Below, piece by piece: positions 54,325 to 64,000 of a stretch of DNA of 64,000 nucleotides; positions within the stretch are counted from its first letter, which is position 1; the number at the start of each line of letters is the position of its first letter. The notes beneath the pieces were generated by a model. The model saw only the letters and a list, made by a program, of their open reading frames with translations, ran no database searches and was not told where the DNA came from. Origin of the DNA: an uncultured bacterium (GTDB lineage Bacteria > Krumholzibacteriota > Krumholzibacteriia > JACNKJ01); NCBI GenBank assembly GCA_963695095.1, contig CAVOFT010000001.1, positions 1,312,001-1,376,000 of the forward strand. The letters run 5' to 3'. A program made the position numbers and the translations under genes.

Positions 54325-56621
54325 GCCGATCCGCGGCCCGCAGTGGCGAGAGCGCCGAGCGCCGCCGCCGGCCCGCCCGGCTGGCGAGGCTGATCAACCT
54401 GTTCTCCGGCCTCACGCTGTTCGCAGGGATCGTGTTGCTCTATCCGCCGGTGCAGCGGGCGCCGCACTACGAGTACAAGCTGGGCGACGTCACCCAGAGC
54501 GGCGAGGACATCATCTCGCCCATCGACTTCCCGCTGCCGGTCAAACCCGCCGTGTTGGCCGAGCGCCGGGCGGCGGCGTCTCTCCAGGTGCCGTCCTTCT
54601 ATCGCCTGGACACCGCGGTTGCCCGCCAGCTCGGACAGAAGCTGGAACAGCTGCGCGTCGATGTGCTCGCCGTCCAGCCGCAGGCGGGTCGGGAGCCGGC
54701 CATGAGCCACCTCCTCGATCTGCACCCCGAGCTGGAGCGCGGGGCGCTGGCGACCTTGCTCGCCGGCCGGCACCCCGAGCGCTTGCTCGCGGCCGTGGTC
54801 CAGGTGGTGGACAGCCTGCTCAGCGCCGGCGTCCTCGATTTTCGCGCGGCGCCGGTCGCCGGGCGCGAGGGCGTGCCGCAACTCATTCTCATCAGCCCCG
54901 GCGGCGAACGACAGCTCGACGCCGACCAGGTCGTCGATCAGGACAGCCTCGCCCGCGTGCTGGCGGCGCGCGCCCAGGCCTATGTCAACTGGAGCGCCGC
55001 CGAGCGCGCAGCCTACATCTCGCTCGCGCGCGCCCATCTGCGCCCGAACTGCTTCAGCGACGCCACCGAGACCGAGCTGCGCAAGCGCGCCGTCGCGGAT
55101 GCCGTTCCCGTCAACGAGATCGTGCGCAAGGGCGTGCGCATCCTCGGGCCCAACGTGCAGGTGACGCAGGAGCATCTCGATCGCCTGGCCGCCCTGGAGG
55201 CCGCCCTCGGCAAGGAGGGGCATAGCCGCGGGCGCGCGACCGTGCTCTATGCGGGGCAGGCCCTGCTGCTGCTCTTCACCATCCTGCTCATGCTGCGGGT
55301 CCTGCTCATCTACCGGCGCGACTTCTTCGTCGATCCGCGGCGGACGGTGCTCCTCGCCTTGTTGCTGCTCATCTTCCTGGCGGCGAGCAAGCTGGTGCTG
55401 CCCCTGGAGCCGGGCGGCGCCTACCTGGTCCCCATCACCTTCGTCGCCATGCTGGTCGCCGGCCTCTACGACGAGAGCCTGGCCCTGCTCGTCACGGTCT
55501 TCGCCCTCGTGCTGCTGGGCATCACGGCGCAGCCGCCGCCGGCGGCCATCCTGGTCGGGCTGCTGGCGGGCGGTGCGGCCATCTTCTCCATTCGCCAGCT
55601 GCGCAGCCGCCTGCAGCTGTACCGCAGCGTGCTCTACATCGTGCTGGCCTATCTGCTCGGCATCGCCGCCGTGCATCTGGCCAAGGGGCAGGCGGGCGGC
55701 ATCTTGCCGGAGACCCTGCGCGGCATGGCCAACGGGCTCGTCTGCGCCTGGTTGGTGATGCCCATCCTCCCCCTGCTCGAGCGCTTCTTCGACCTCACCA
55801 CCGACTTCACGCTGCTCGAGCTGACGGATCTGAACCGCCCCATCCTCAAGCGGATGAAGGTGGAGGCGCCGGGCACCTTCCAGCACAGCCTCGCCGTCAG
55901 CAACCTGGCCGAGGCGGCCGCGGACGCCATCGGCGCCAACCCGCTGCTGGCCAAGGTCTGCGCCTACTACCACGACATCGGCAAGCTGGCGAAGCCCGAC
56001 TACTTCGTGGAGAACATCCACGGCTTCAAGAACCGGCACGAGAAGCTGACCCCGAACATGAGCGCGCTGATCATCGGCGACCACGTCAAGCGCGGCCTCG
56101 ACCTGGCCGAGCAGATCAAGCTGCCGAGCATCGTTCGCCGGGGCATCCCCGAGCACCACGGCACCACCGTCATGCGCTTCTTCTACCAGAAGGCGCTGGA
56201 GCAGGACGCGCACGGTCAGGTCACCGAGGACGACTTCCGCTACCCGGGCCCGAAGCCGCAGTCGGCCGAGACGGCGATTCTCATGCTGGCCGACTCGGTC
56301 GAGGCCACCGCGCGGACGATCGCCGAGCCCAATACGGCCGCCATCCGCGCTGTCGTCACCGGTGCCATCGACACCCGCCTGCGCGAGGGGCAGCTCGAGG
56401 AGTGCGGCCTGAGCATCCGCGACCTGGCGCGCATCCGGGAGAGCTTCGTCACCACCCTGCTCAGCATCTACCATCCGCGCATCAAGTACCCCGGGGAGAA
56501 GGGCGACGGTCGCGCCCAGACGCTGGGCGCGGGCAGCGCCGATGCGCCGCCGGCGGAGCCGACCCAGGAGGCGCATGCGGCTGAGGATCGCGACGAACCC
56601 GAACTTCCCGACGGTCGCTGA
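54321..56621 (+). CDS. 7TM-HD membrane phosphohydrolase (PgpH-like c-di-AMP phosphodiesterase)
   Basis: Extracellular domain, ~7 TMs, EAPGTFQHS, YYHDIGK, YFVEN, HHGT, FRYPGPKP, MLADS. Confidence 0.9.
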   Translation: MSRSAARSGESAERRRRPARLARLINLFSGLTLFAGIVLLYPPVQRAPHYEYKLGDVTQSGEDIISPIDFPLPVKPAVLAERRAAASLQVPSFYRLDTAVARQLGQKLEQLRVDVLAVQPQAGREPAMSHLLDLHPELERGALATLLAGRHPERLLAAVVQVVDSLLSAGVLDFRAAPVAGREGVPQLILISPGGERQLDADQVVDQDSLARVLAARAQAYVNWSAAERAAYISLARAHLRPNCFSDATETELRKRAVADAVPVNEIVRKGVRILGPNVQVTQEHLDRLAALEAALGKEGHSRGRATVLYAGQALLLLFTILLMLRVLLIYRRDFFVDPRRTVLLALLLLIFLAASKLVLPLEPGGAYLVPITFVAMLVAGLYDESLALLVTVFALVLLGITAQPPPAAILVGLLAGGAAIFSIRQLRSRLQLYRSVLYIVLAYLLGIAAVHLAKGQAGGILPETLRGMANGLVCAWLVMPILPLLERFFDLTTDFTLLELTDLNRPILKRMKVEAPGTFQHSLAVSNLAEAAADAIGANPLLAKVCAYYHDIGKLAKPDYFVENIHGFKNRHEKLTPNMSALIIGDHVKRGLDLAEQIKLPSIVRRGIPEHHGTTVMRFFYQKALEQDAHGQVTEDDFRYPGPKPQSAETAILMLADSVEATARTIAEPNTAAIRAVVTGAIDTRLREGQLEECGLSIRDLARIRESFVTTLLSIYHPRIKYPGEKGDGRAQTLGAGSADAPPAEPTQEAHAAEDRDEPELPDGR

Positions 56622-57048
56622 CGCCGACTCGGATTGGCTCGGCTTGCTCGCCGACCTGGCCGGCGAGCTGGGTCCGGCCGCGCGCTGGGTGGAGCTCAGC
56701 TTCATCGACGACGAGCAGATGCGCCGTCTCAACCGCGACTGGCGCGGCAAGGATGCGCCGACGGATGTCCTCAGCTTCAGCTACGGAGACGAGGGCTGGG
56801 GCAGCCTGCCCGCGGCGGAGGATCCCGAGGGCGAAATCCTGATCAGCTTGGACACGGCCGCTCGCCAGGCGGCGGCGGCCGGCCACAGCCTGCCCGAGGA
56901 AGTATTGATACTGGCAATCCACGGCCTCTGCCATATACTCGGCATGGATCACGAGGAAGAGGCGGCGGCAGCGGCAATGGCCGCCGTGGAAGCTCCCTAT
57001 CGCCGCCGCATCGCCGCCTACTTCAAGTCCCGGAACCCGAGGAGCTGA
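56575..57048 (+). CDS. ybeY: rRNA maturation endoribonuclease YbeY
   Basis: LNRDWRGKD-x-PTDVLSF, GEILIS, HGLCHILGMDH. Confidence 0.95.
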   Translation: MRLRIATNPNFPTVADADSDWLGLLADLAGELGPAARWVELSFIDDEQMRRLNRDWRGKDAPTDVLSFSYGDEGWGSLPAAEDPEGEILISLDTAARQAAAAGHSLPEEVLILAIHGLCHILGMDHEEEAAAAAMAAVEAPYRRRIAAYFKSRNPRS

Positions 57049-57052
57049 GGTC

Positions 57053-58378
57053 GTGGACGGCATTCTGATCGGATTCCTGCTGGCGCTGGGCGCGACGGGC
57101 CTGCTCTCGGCGGCGGGCGCGGCCTTCACCACGCTGTTGCGCGTGGAGCCCCAGGCCTTCGAGGGCGAGCACCGCGGCGTGCTCGCCCGCATCCACGAGC
57201 ACTGGCCCGCCCAGCTCGCGCTGACCCTGCTCCTCTTTCCTTTCCTGGCCATGGCAGCCAGCCTCGTGCTGGGCGCTCTGCACCTGTCCGCGCTGATCGA
57301 ATCCTCGGCGGGTGCGCTCACGGGATCTCGTCTGCTCGCGGTCTGGTTGGGCCTGGCTGCGGTCGTCCTGCTCGCCGTCAGCATCTTCCGCGCCCTGGGT
57401 ACGCGCTATCCGGGCACCTTGACCCGGCTGCTCGGCTGGATCTTCGTCCCGACCTTCTTTCTGCTCTACCCTCTCGACGCCCTCTTCGGCCCTCTGCTCG
57501 CTCGGCTGCGCCTCGGCGAGGGACTCGAATCGTTGGGGCCGCTGGTCTCGGCCCGCGACGTGCAGGACTTCGTCGAGCACACGGGCGGCGAGGACATCCT
57601 CGCCGAGGGCGAACGGGAGATGATCGCCTCCATCGTGGAATTGCGCGACACGCCGGTGCGCGAGGTGATGATTCCCCGCATCGATGTCAAGGCGCTGGAC
57701 GTGGACACGCCCTTCGCCGAGGCGAAGGCATTCGTGGCCCACTGCGGCCACAGTCGCATCCCCGTCTACAAGGACTCGCCGGACCACGTGCTCGGCATCC
57801 TCTACGCAAAAGATCTGCTCAGGCTCGAGCAAGCGCAGGAAGGGCAGGTCAAGCCCGTCGTCTCGCCCTTGATGACGCTCATGCGCCGGCCCTACTTCGT
57901 GCCCGAGACGAAGATGGCCGGCAACCTGCTGCGGCGCTTCCAGTCCCTGCGCCAGCATCTCGCCATCGTGGTCGACGAGTACGGCGGCACGGCGGGCATC
58001 GTCACTCTCGAGGACCTGCTCGAGGAGATCGTCGGCGAGATTCGCGATGAATACGACCGCGACGAAAGCCTCTTCGAGTTGATCGATTCCCGTTCGGCCC
58101 GCGTCGACGCCAAGATCGACCTCGAAGAGCTGGGGGAGATCGTCGGCCACACCTTCGTCGAGAGCGAGGAGGATTTCGAGAGCCTGGGCGGCTTGCTGCT
58201 CTATCACTCCGGCCGCATCCTGAAACCCGGCGACGAGCTGACCTTGGATCCCTTCACCTTCCGCGTCGAGAGCGTGCAGCGCCAGCGCATCACGAAGGTG
58301 ATCATGATCCGCGAGGGCCTCGCCGAAGCCGTGCGCGAACGGGGCAAGGCCGGGGCGGCGGGAGGGGACGCCCGATGA
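57053..58378 (+). CDS. Hemolysin-family/CNNM-CBS-CorC protein
   Basis: N-terminal TMs, [40 protein letters not shown]. Confidence 0.92.
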   Translation: MDGILIGFLLALGATGLLSAAGAAFTTLLRVEPQAFEGEHRGVLARIHEHWPAQLALTLLLFPFLAMAASLVLGALHLSALIESSAGALTGSRLLAVWLGLAAVVLLAVSIFRALGTRYPGTLTRLLGWIFVPTFFLLYPLDALFGPLLARLRLGEGLESLGPLVSARDVQDFVEHTGGEDILAEGEREMIASIVELRDTPVREVMIPRIDVKALDVDTPFAEAKAFVAHCGHSRIPVYKDSPDHVLGILYAKDLLRLEQAQEGQVKPVVSPLMTLMRRPYFVPETKMAGNLLRRFQSLRQHLAIVVDEYGGTAGIVTLEDLLEEIVGEIRDEYDRDESLFELIDSRSARVDAKIDLEELGEIVGHTFVESEEDFESLGGLLLYHSGRILKPGDELTLDPFTFRVESVQRQRITKVIMIREGLAEAVRERGKAGAAGGDAR

Positions 58379-58996
58379 AGCGGCTGCGTCGCTACCTGCT
58401 CACGGGCATCGTCGTCACGCTGCCCAGCCTGGTCACGGTCTGGCTGCTCTACAAGATCGTGGCCGCGGTGGACAACATCCTCGATCCCATCCAGAACCGG
58501 ATTTTCGGCTTCGACATTCCGGGCCTCGGCTTCACCGTCGTGCTGCTCCTGCTCCTCGCGGCCGGCGCCGTGGGCGGCAACTACCTGGGCCGCAAGCTCG
58601 TCGGGCTCTACCATATGCTCGTCGTGCGCGTGCCGCTGGCAGGGAAGATCTACCGCGCCGTCCAGCAGATCCTCGACGTCTTCCTGCGCGACAACACGGA
58701 GTCCTTCAAGAGCGTCGTTAGCCTTCGAGTATCCGCGGCCGGGGATCTGGGTACTCGGCTTCGTTTCCGGCTCCACGCCGGCGGCGTGGACGAGCGCGGC
58801 GCCCGGCGAGCGCCTGCTCAACGTGTTCGTTCCCACCAGCCCCAATCCGACTTCCGGTTTCATGCTCCTCGTGCCCGAGCGCGACCTGCGCATCGTCGCC
58901 CTGAGCGTGGAAGATGCGATCAAGGTCATCATCAGCGGTGGCGCCTACGTGCCCGGGGCGGCCTTGGGGTCCGCGCTCCCGCCGAGCCGGCCGTGA
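58375..58996 (+). CDS. DUF502 membrane protein; +1 frameshift at ~58720
   Basis: YLLTG-x-x-VTLP, IPGLG, VPL-x-x-KIY, then in the next frame EYPRPG-x-W, VFVPTSPNPTSGF, SVEDAIKVIISGG; stop overlaps the mgtE GTG. Confidence 0.88.
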
Positions 58997-60345
58997 CCGA
59001 GTCCCGCGCGCAGCTCCTCGACCGCCTGGAGGGATTGCTGGCGTCCGGTCGCGCCGCCGAGCTGGCGACCCTGCTCGGCCAGCTGCCGTCCGAGGACCTC
59101 GAAGAACTCTTCATCGAGCTGGACAGCGAGCAGCGCCAGGCCGTCCTGCGCTTGCTGGCGCCGGCCGCCGCCGCCGAACTGCTCGGCGGGGCCGACGAGG
59201 ATATCCAGGAGGAACTGGCCGACGCGCTCAGCGAAGCCGAGCTGGCCGAGATCGTCGAGGAGATGGACTCCGACGAGGCCGCCGACACCATCCGCCACCT
59301 CGAGCCCGAAGAGCAGGAGCGCGTCTTCGACCTGCTCGCGGAGGATACCGAGTCCGAGGTGCGCGGCCTCCTGCAGCACGATGAGGACACCGCCGGCGAC
59401 CTGATGATGGCGGAGCTGGCGGCCATCAACGAGAACGCCCTCGTCGCCGAGGCCATCGAGGAACTGCGCGCCAAGGCCGGTGAGATCAGGGAGCTCTACT
59501 CCATCTATCTCGTCGACGACGCCATGCGCCTGCGCGGCGTGCTCAGCCTGCGCGACCTCGTCGTCGCCCGGCCCGGCATGCCGCTCAAGGCGCTCATGGA
59601 GCCGGTGCCGGTGACCGTTGCGCCCGCGATGGACCAGGAGGACGTGGCCGCGCTCTTTCGCAAGTACGACCTGGTCTCGGCGCCGGTCGTGGACGCCAGC
59701 GGCGTCCTCGTCGGCCGCATCACCGTGGACGACGTGATGGACGTTCTCGCCGAGGAGGCCTGGGAGGACGCCTCCCGCTTCGCCGGCGTGGACACGCTCT
59801 CCGTCCGCGCCCGCAATCTGTTCCGGATCAGCGCGGGCCGCCTGCCCTGGCTGATCCTCGGCCTCGGCGGCGGCCTGCTCTCGGCGCGCATCCTCGCCCA
59901 TTTCCAGCTGGCGCTCAGCCAGGTGCTCACCCTGGCCTTCTTCGTCCCCGTGATCACGGCCCTCGGCGGGAACATCGGCATCCAGTCCTCGACGCTCGTC
60001 GTGCGCGGCCTGGCCACCGGCGAGATCCAGCCCAGCGGCCTGCCCCTGCGGATGCTCCGGGAGCTGGGCGTGTCCGTGCTCAACGGGGTGATCATCGGCT
60101 TGCTCTCCCTGCTCGTGGTCTGGCTCTGGCTGGGCGACCTCGGCCTTGGCGTCGTGGTCGCGCTCTCCATGCTGAGCGTGGTCATCTGGGCCACCACGAC
60201 GGGCACCCTGGTGCCGGTGCTCCTGGAGCGCTTCGGCGTCGATCCCGCCTACGCCACGGGGCCCTTCGTCACCACCACGAACGACATCGTGGATCTGACC
60301 ATCTACATGCTGGTCGCCACCCAGCTCCGCTTCCTGCTGGTCTAG
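58993..60345 (+). CDS. mgtE: Magnesium transporter MgtE
   Basis: [17 protein letters not shown] pair, [35 protein letters not shown]. Confidence 0.95.
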   Translation: MTESRAQLLDRLEGLLASGRAAELATLLGQLPSEDLEELFIELDSEQRQAVLRLLAPAAAAELLGGADEDIQEELADALSEAELAEIVEEMDSDEAADTIRHLEPEEQERVFDLLAEDTESEVRGLLQHDEDTAGDLMMAELAAINENALVAEAIEELRAKAGEIRELYSIYLVDDAMRLRGVLSLRDLVVARPGMPLKALMEPVPVTVAPAMDQEDVAALFRKYDLVSAPVVDASGVLVGRITVDDVMDVLAEEAWEDASRFAGVDTLSVRARNLFRISAGRLPWLILGLGGGLLSARILAHFQLALSQVLTLAFFVPVITALGGNIGIQSSTLVVRGLATGEIQPSGLPLRMLRELGVSVLNGVIIGLLSLLVVWLWLGDLGLGVVVALSMLSVVIWATTTGTLVPVLLERFGVDPAYATGPFVTTTNDIVDLTIYMLVATQLRFLLV

Positions 60346-60347
60346 CC

Positions 60348-61139
60348 ATGAGCCTCATCGCCAGCCGGGCGCGCGTCCTGCGCACCTACGCCCTCGGCGA
60401 GACGAGCCTGATCGCCGTGCTGCTCACCGAGGAGGCGGGCTTGCTGCGGGCGGTGGCCAAGGGCGCCCGCGAGCTGAAGAGCCGCCTGCGCGGGCTGCTC
60501 GAGCCGGGCGCCGGCCTCTCGGTGCAGGTCTATCTGAAGCCGCGCGGGGGCCTGCACCTGCTGCGCGAGGCAGCCGGCCGCGGCGCTCAAGCGCGGGCGG
60601 TCGCCGGGCTCGCCTCGCTCTGCCTGCGCCTGGCGGCGCTGGAGCTGGTCATGGCCACCACGGAGGAAGGCGAGGCGATGGCCGGCCTCTTTCCGCTCCT
60701 CGAGGACTTCCTGGCCCTCTACGAAGGCGAAGCGCCGCCGGACCCGGGCTGGGCCGCCTTCTTCGCCTTCGAGGCCGGGCTGCTCGGGCTCCACGGCCTG
60801 GCGGCGGACGAGAGCCTGCTGCGCTGCAGCCAGTGCGGCGCGCAATTGACGGCGGCCGACACCTGCTTCCTGCCGGGCGAGGGTCTCTTCGCCTGCGCGC
60901 GCCACGGCGCCGAGGGAATGGCGCTTGCGCCCGAGGAAAGGGACTGGTTATTGTCGATCGTCCTCGCGCGTCCCGCCGCGCTCGGCGAGCGGGAGCCGCC
61001 GGAGGCCGTGCGCGCCTGCGTCGGGCGCGTGCTGCATCTCGCCCTCAGCCGCCATCTGCCCGGCTACAAGGCGCCGCGCTCGCTCGCGCTGCTGGCGAGC
61101 GCCCGGCGAGCGGGCGCGGACCCCAAGGAGCGTCCATGA
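60348..61139 (+). CDS. recO: DNA repair protein RecO
   Basis: VLR-x-x-x-LGETS, AVAKGAR-x-x-KSR, zinc finger CSQC...CARH; upstream of glyQ. Confidence 0.88.
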   Translation: MSLIASRARVLRTYALGETSLIAVLLTEEAGLLRAVAKGARELKSRLRGLLEPGAGLSVQVYLKPRGGLHLLREAAGRGAQARAVAGLASLCLRLAALELVMATTEEGEAMAGLFPLLEDFLALYEGEAPPDPGWAAFFAFEAGLLGLHGLAADESLLRCSQCGAQLTAADTCFLPGEGLFACARHGAEGMALAPEERDWLLSIVLARPAALGEREPPEAVRACVGRVLHLALSRHLPGYKAPRSLALLASARRAGADPKERP

Positions 61140-62026
61140 CCTACCAGGACATGATCCTGCGCCTGGCCCAGTTCTGGTCCGCGCAGGGCTGCGCCCTGCT
61201 GCAGCCCTACAACTCCGAAGTCGGCGCCGGCACCTTCAACCCGGCCACCTTCCTGCGCGTGCTGGGTCCCGAGCCCTGGCGGGCCGCCTACGTCGAGCCC
61301 AGCCGCCGGCCCAAGGACGGCCGTTACGGCGAGAATCCGAACCGGGTGCAGCAGTTCCTCCAGTACCAGGTGGTGCTCAAGCCCGAGCCGCCGGACGTGC
61401 AAGACCTCTATCTGGCCAGTCTCGCCCACATCGGCGTCGACCTCGACCGCCACGAGATCCGCTTCGTCGAGGACGACTGGGAAAGCCCCACCCTGGGCGC
61501 CGCCGGCCTGGGCTGGGAGGTCTGGCTGGACGGCATGGAGATCACGCAGTTCACCTACTTCCAGTCGGTGGGGGGCTACGAGCTGAAGCCGATCACCGCC
61601 GAGCTGACCTACGGCTTGCTGCGCATCGCCATGTACCTGCAGGGCGTGGACCACGTGATGAACCTCGACTGGGGCGGCGGCCTCAGCTGGGGCGACGTCA
61701 ACGGCGCCTTCGAGCGGGACTTCTCCGCCTTCAACTTCGAGCACGCCGACGTGCCGCTGCACTTCGAGCTCTTCACCCGCTTCGAGGCCGAGGCCCTGCG
61801 CCTGCTCGAGGCCGGCCTCGTCGCGCCGGGCTACGACTACGTCATCAAGTGCTCGCACGTGTTCAATGTCCTGGAGGCGCGCGGCGCGATCAGCGTCTCC
61901 GAGCGCACGGGCTACATCACCCGCGTGCGGAACCTGGCGCGGCGCGCGGCCACGGCCTACCTGGCCCAGCGGGAAGCGCTGGGCTTTCCCCTGCTGGCGC
62001 GGGCGAGGGAGGGACGCGATGCCTAG
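61136..62026 (+). CDS. glyQ: Glycine--tRNA ligase alpha subunit
   Basis: [45 protein letters not shown]. Confidence 0.97.
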   Translation: MTYQDMILRLAQFWSAQGCALLQPYNSEVGAGTFNPATFLRVLGPEPWRAAYVEPSRRPKDGRYGENPNRVQQFLQYQVVLKPEPPDVQDLYLASLAHIGVDLDRHEIRFVEDDWESPTLGAAGLGWEVWLDGMEITQFTYFQSVGGYELKPITAELTYGLLRIAMYLQGVDHVMNLDWGGGLSWGDVNGAFERDFSAFNFEHADVPLHFELFTRFEAEALRLLEAGLVAPGYDYVIKCSHVFNVLEARGAISVSERTGYITRVRNLARRAATAYLAQREALGFPLLARAREGRDA

Positions 62027-64000
62027 GGTGGATTTCCTGCTCGAGATCGGCTGCGAGGAGATTCCGGTCGGCTACATCGAGCCCGCGCTCGCGCAGCTCG
62101 CCGAGGGGCTCGGTGCCTACCTTGCCGCCGCGAAGCTGGGCCACGAGCCCATCCAGCGCTTCGCCACGGCCCGCCGGCTGGCGCTGCTGGTGCCGGCGCT
62201 CGAGAGCGAGCAGGCCGACCGCGAGGAGGAACTGACGGGCCCGCCCGTGGCAGCGGCCTTCAAGGACGGCCAGCCGACCCCGGCCGCCCTCGGCTTCGCC
62301 AGGAGCCAGGGCGTGGCGCTCGAGGCCCTGCACACCCTGGAGACGCCCCGCGGCAGCTATCTCGCCCTGCACCGCCGCGTGCCGGGCCGCCAGGCCGCCG
62401 CGCTGCTCGCGGCCGATCTGCCGGCGCTCATCCTCGGCCTGCGCTTCCCCAAGACGATGACCTGGGGCGACGGCAGCCTGCGCTTCGCCCGCCCCATCCG
62501 CTGGCTGGTGGCGCTCCACGGCGAGGAGATCCTGCCGCTCAGCCTGGGTCCGCTGCGCGCGGGGCGCAGGAGCGCCGGCCGCCGGCAGTCGGGGACGGCG
62601 GCCATCGACATCCTGCGAGCCGCAACCTATGCCGAGAGCCTGCGCGCCGCCGGTGTCGAGCCCGAGCCGCAGCGCCGGCGCGCGCAGGTGCTCGCCGCCG
62701 CGCGCGCCTGTGCCGCCGAGCAGGGCGGGCGGCTCGTGGAGGACGCGGAGCTCGCGGACACCGTCAACTACCTGAGCGAGTGGCCCGTGGCGCTGGCGGG
62801 CGCCTTCGACCCGGCACTGCTGACCCTGCCGCGGGCCGTGGTGACGACGGCCATGAAGGCCCATCAGCGCTACTTCTCCGTGGAGTCCGCCACGGGGGCG
62901 CTCTCGCCGGCCTTCGTCGTCATCCTCAACGGGGAGCGGCCGGAGCCCGCCGAGCTGCGCCGGGGCAACGAGCGCGTCCTGGCCGCCCGCCTCGCCGACG
63001 CGCGCTTCTACTGGGAGGAGGACCGCCGGACTGGCCTGGCGGGTCTGCGCGAGCGCCTGCGCACGGTGCTCTGGATCGAGGGCTTCGGCAGCCTCGCCGA
63101 GCGCGGCGAGCGCTTGCGCGCGCTGGCGGGGCGCCTGGCTGCAGCCTTGCCGGACTTGCAGCTGGACCGCGAAGCGCTCGACTGGGCCGCCCTGCACTGC
63201 AAGGCCGACCTGGCCAGCGAGATGATCAAGGACGGCAAGGAATTCACCAAGCTCCAGGGTTTGATGGGGCGCGAGTACGCCCTGGCCGAAGGCGTGCCCG
63301 CCGCCCGGGCGTCCCTGCTCTACGAGCACGTCCTGCCGCGCCAGGCGGGGGACGCCCTGCCCCCCTCGCTGGAGGGCAGCCTGCTCGCGCTGGCCGACCG
63401 TCTGGACGCCATTGCCGGCTTCTGGCTCGCCGGCTTCGCGCCCACCGGCTCCAAGGATCCCTACGCCCTGCGCCGGCAGGCCCTCGCCTGCCTGCGCCTG
63501 CTGCTGGAGAAGTCCCTGCCCCTTTGCCTCGGCGAACTGCTGGATGCGGCACTGGCCGCCTATCCGCAGGCGAAGCCGGGCGAGCTGCGGCCCGCCCTGC
63601 TGGAGTTCCTCCTGGGTCGCTTCGAAGGTCTCATGGAGGAAGCGGGGGTTGCCCCCGACATCTTCGACGCCGTGGTGGAGAGCGGCGAGACCCGCGTCCT
63701 GGACCTGCAGGCCAGGGCCCTGGCCTTGAACGCACTGCGGGGCGATGCCGCCTTCGAGCGGCTCGTGATCGGCGCTCGCCGGGTCGGCAACATCCTGGCC
63801 AAGGAGCAGGTGAGCCTGTCGACGGAGCGGGCCTACGCGGATCTGGAGTGCTGGGCCGCGGCGCGGGCGACCCTGCCCTACGGCTACGAGCCCGCCCGCA
63901 TCGTCGAGCCGGCCGAGCGGCAGCTGCACGCCGCCGTTGCCGCCGCGGCGCCCGCCCTGCTGGCCGAAGTCGGCGATCGCCGCTACGCCGAGGCCTATCG
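62019..64000 (+). CDS. glyS: Glycine--tRNA ligase beta subunit (runs off the window)
   Basis: Not in ORF track (no stop). [21 protein letters not shown]-x-WG, FARPIRW, HQRYF, RLADARF, KADL, LQGLMG-x-[17 protein letters not shown]. Confidence 0.96.
   Translation, partial: MPRVDFLLEIGCEEIPVGYIEPALAQLAEGLGAYLAAAKLGHEPIQRFATARRLALLVPALESEQADREEELTGPPVAAAFKDGQPTPAALGFARSQGVALEALHTLETPRGSYLALHRRVPGRQAAALLAADLPALILGLRFPKTMTWGDGSLRFARPIRWLVALHGEEILPLSLGPLRAGRRSAGRRQSGTAAIDILRAATYAESLRAAGVEPEPQRRRAQVLAAARACAAEQGGRLVEDAELADTVNYLSEWPVALAGAFDPALLTLPRAVVTTAMKAHQRYFSVESATGALSPAFVVILNGERPEPAELRRGNERVLAARLADARFYWEEDRRTGLAGLRERLRTVLWIEGFGSLAERGERLRALAGRLAAALPDLQLDREALDWAALHCKADLASEMIKDGKEFTKLQGLMGREYALAEGVPAARASLLYEHVLPRQAGDALPPSLEGSLLALADRLDAIAGFWLAGFAPTGSKDPYALRRQALACLRLLLEKSLPLCLGELLDAALAAYPQAKPGELRPALLEFLLGRFEGLMEEAGVAPDIFDAVVESGETRVLDLQARALALNALRGDAAFERLVIGARRVGNILAKEQVSLSTERAYADLECWAAARATLPYGYEPARIVEPAERQLHAAVAAAAPALLAEVGDRRYAEAY

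Noticed and set aside
58375..60345. Apparent 656-aa DUF502-MgtE fusion in the ORF track
   Set aside because: Created by the +1 insertion at ~58720. The DUF502 C-terminus continues in another frame and ends at a GTGA overlap with mgtE.

Overview
A very GC-rich bacterial chromosome window made up mostly of housekeeping genes. A T9SS-type C-terminal-domain protein, a PorV/PorQ-family barrel, LpxH and a short RpoD-family sigma point to a diderm of the FCB superphylum, possibly Latescibacterota/Krumholzibacteriota/Eisenbacteria-like (inference). Left to right: the end of an alternative-complex-III/caa3 oxidase locus (actG-like, sco, coxBACD, DUF3179, ctaB, ctaA); an accessory block of small lipoproteins, SDR, a damaged tam and a cupin; a 2-oxoacid dehydrogenase operon (E1a, E1b, E2, E3, LplA) interrupted by a NemR-like TetR/cupin cassette with a NemR-type operator; a divergent large PFOR plus ygfZ; clpB-brxA-phhB; a hybrid kinase; phhA; a Crp/Fnr regulator followed by a TTGAC-N4-GTCAA box and an uncharacterised His/His/GMPC protein; a catalytically degenerate M6-protease-like T9SS protein directly upstream of porV; lpxH; degP-sigma-M23-amidase-cdaR-like; ptsN-vanZ-hisS-aspS; and a lipoprotein/LysM-phoH-pgpH-ybeY-CNNM-DUF502-mgtE-recO-glyQ-glyS run. 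Several genes carry +1 frameshifts, densest in coxA and PFOR. Many look like both synonymous third-position alleles written in tandem, which suggests consensus artefacts rather than pseudogenes. No rRNA, tRNA, CRISPR array, IS or prophage was recognised. All family assignments come from motif recognition by eye; no searches were run.
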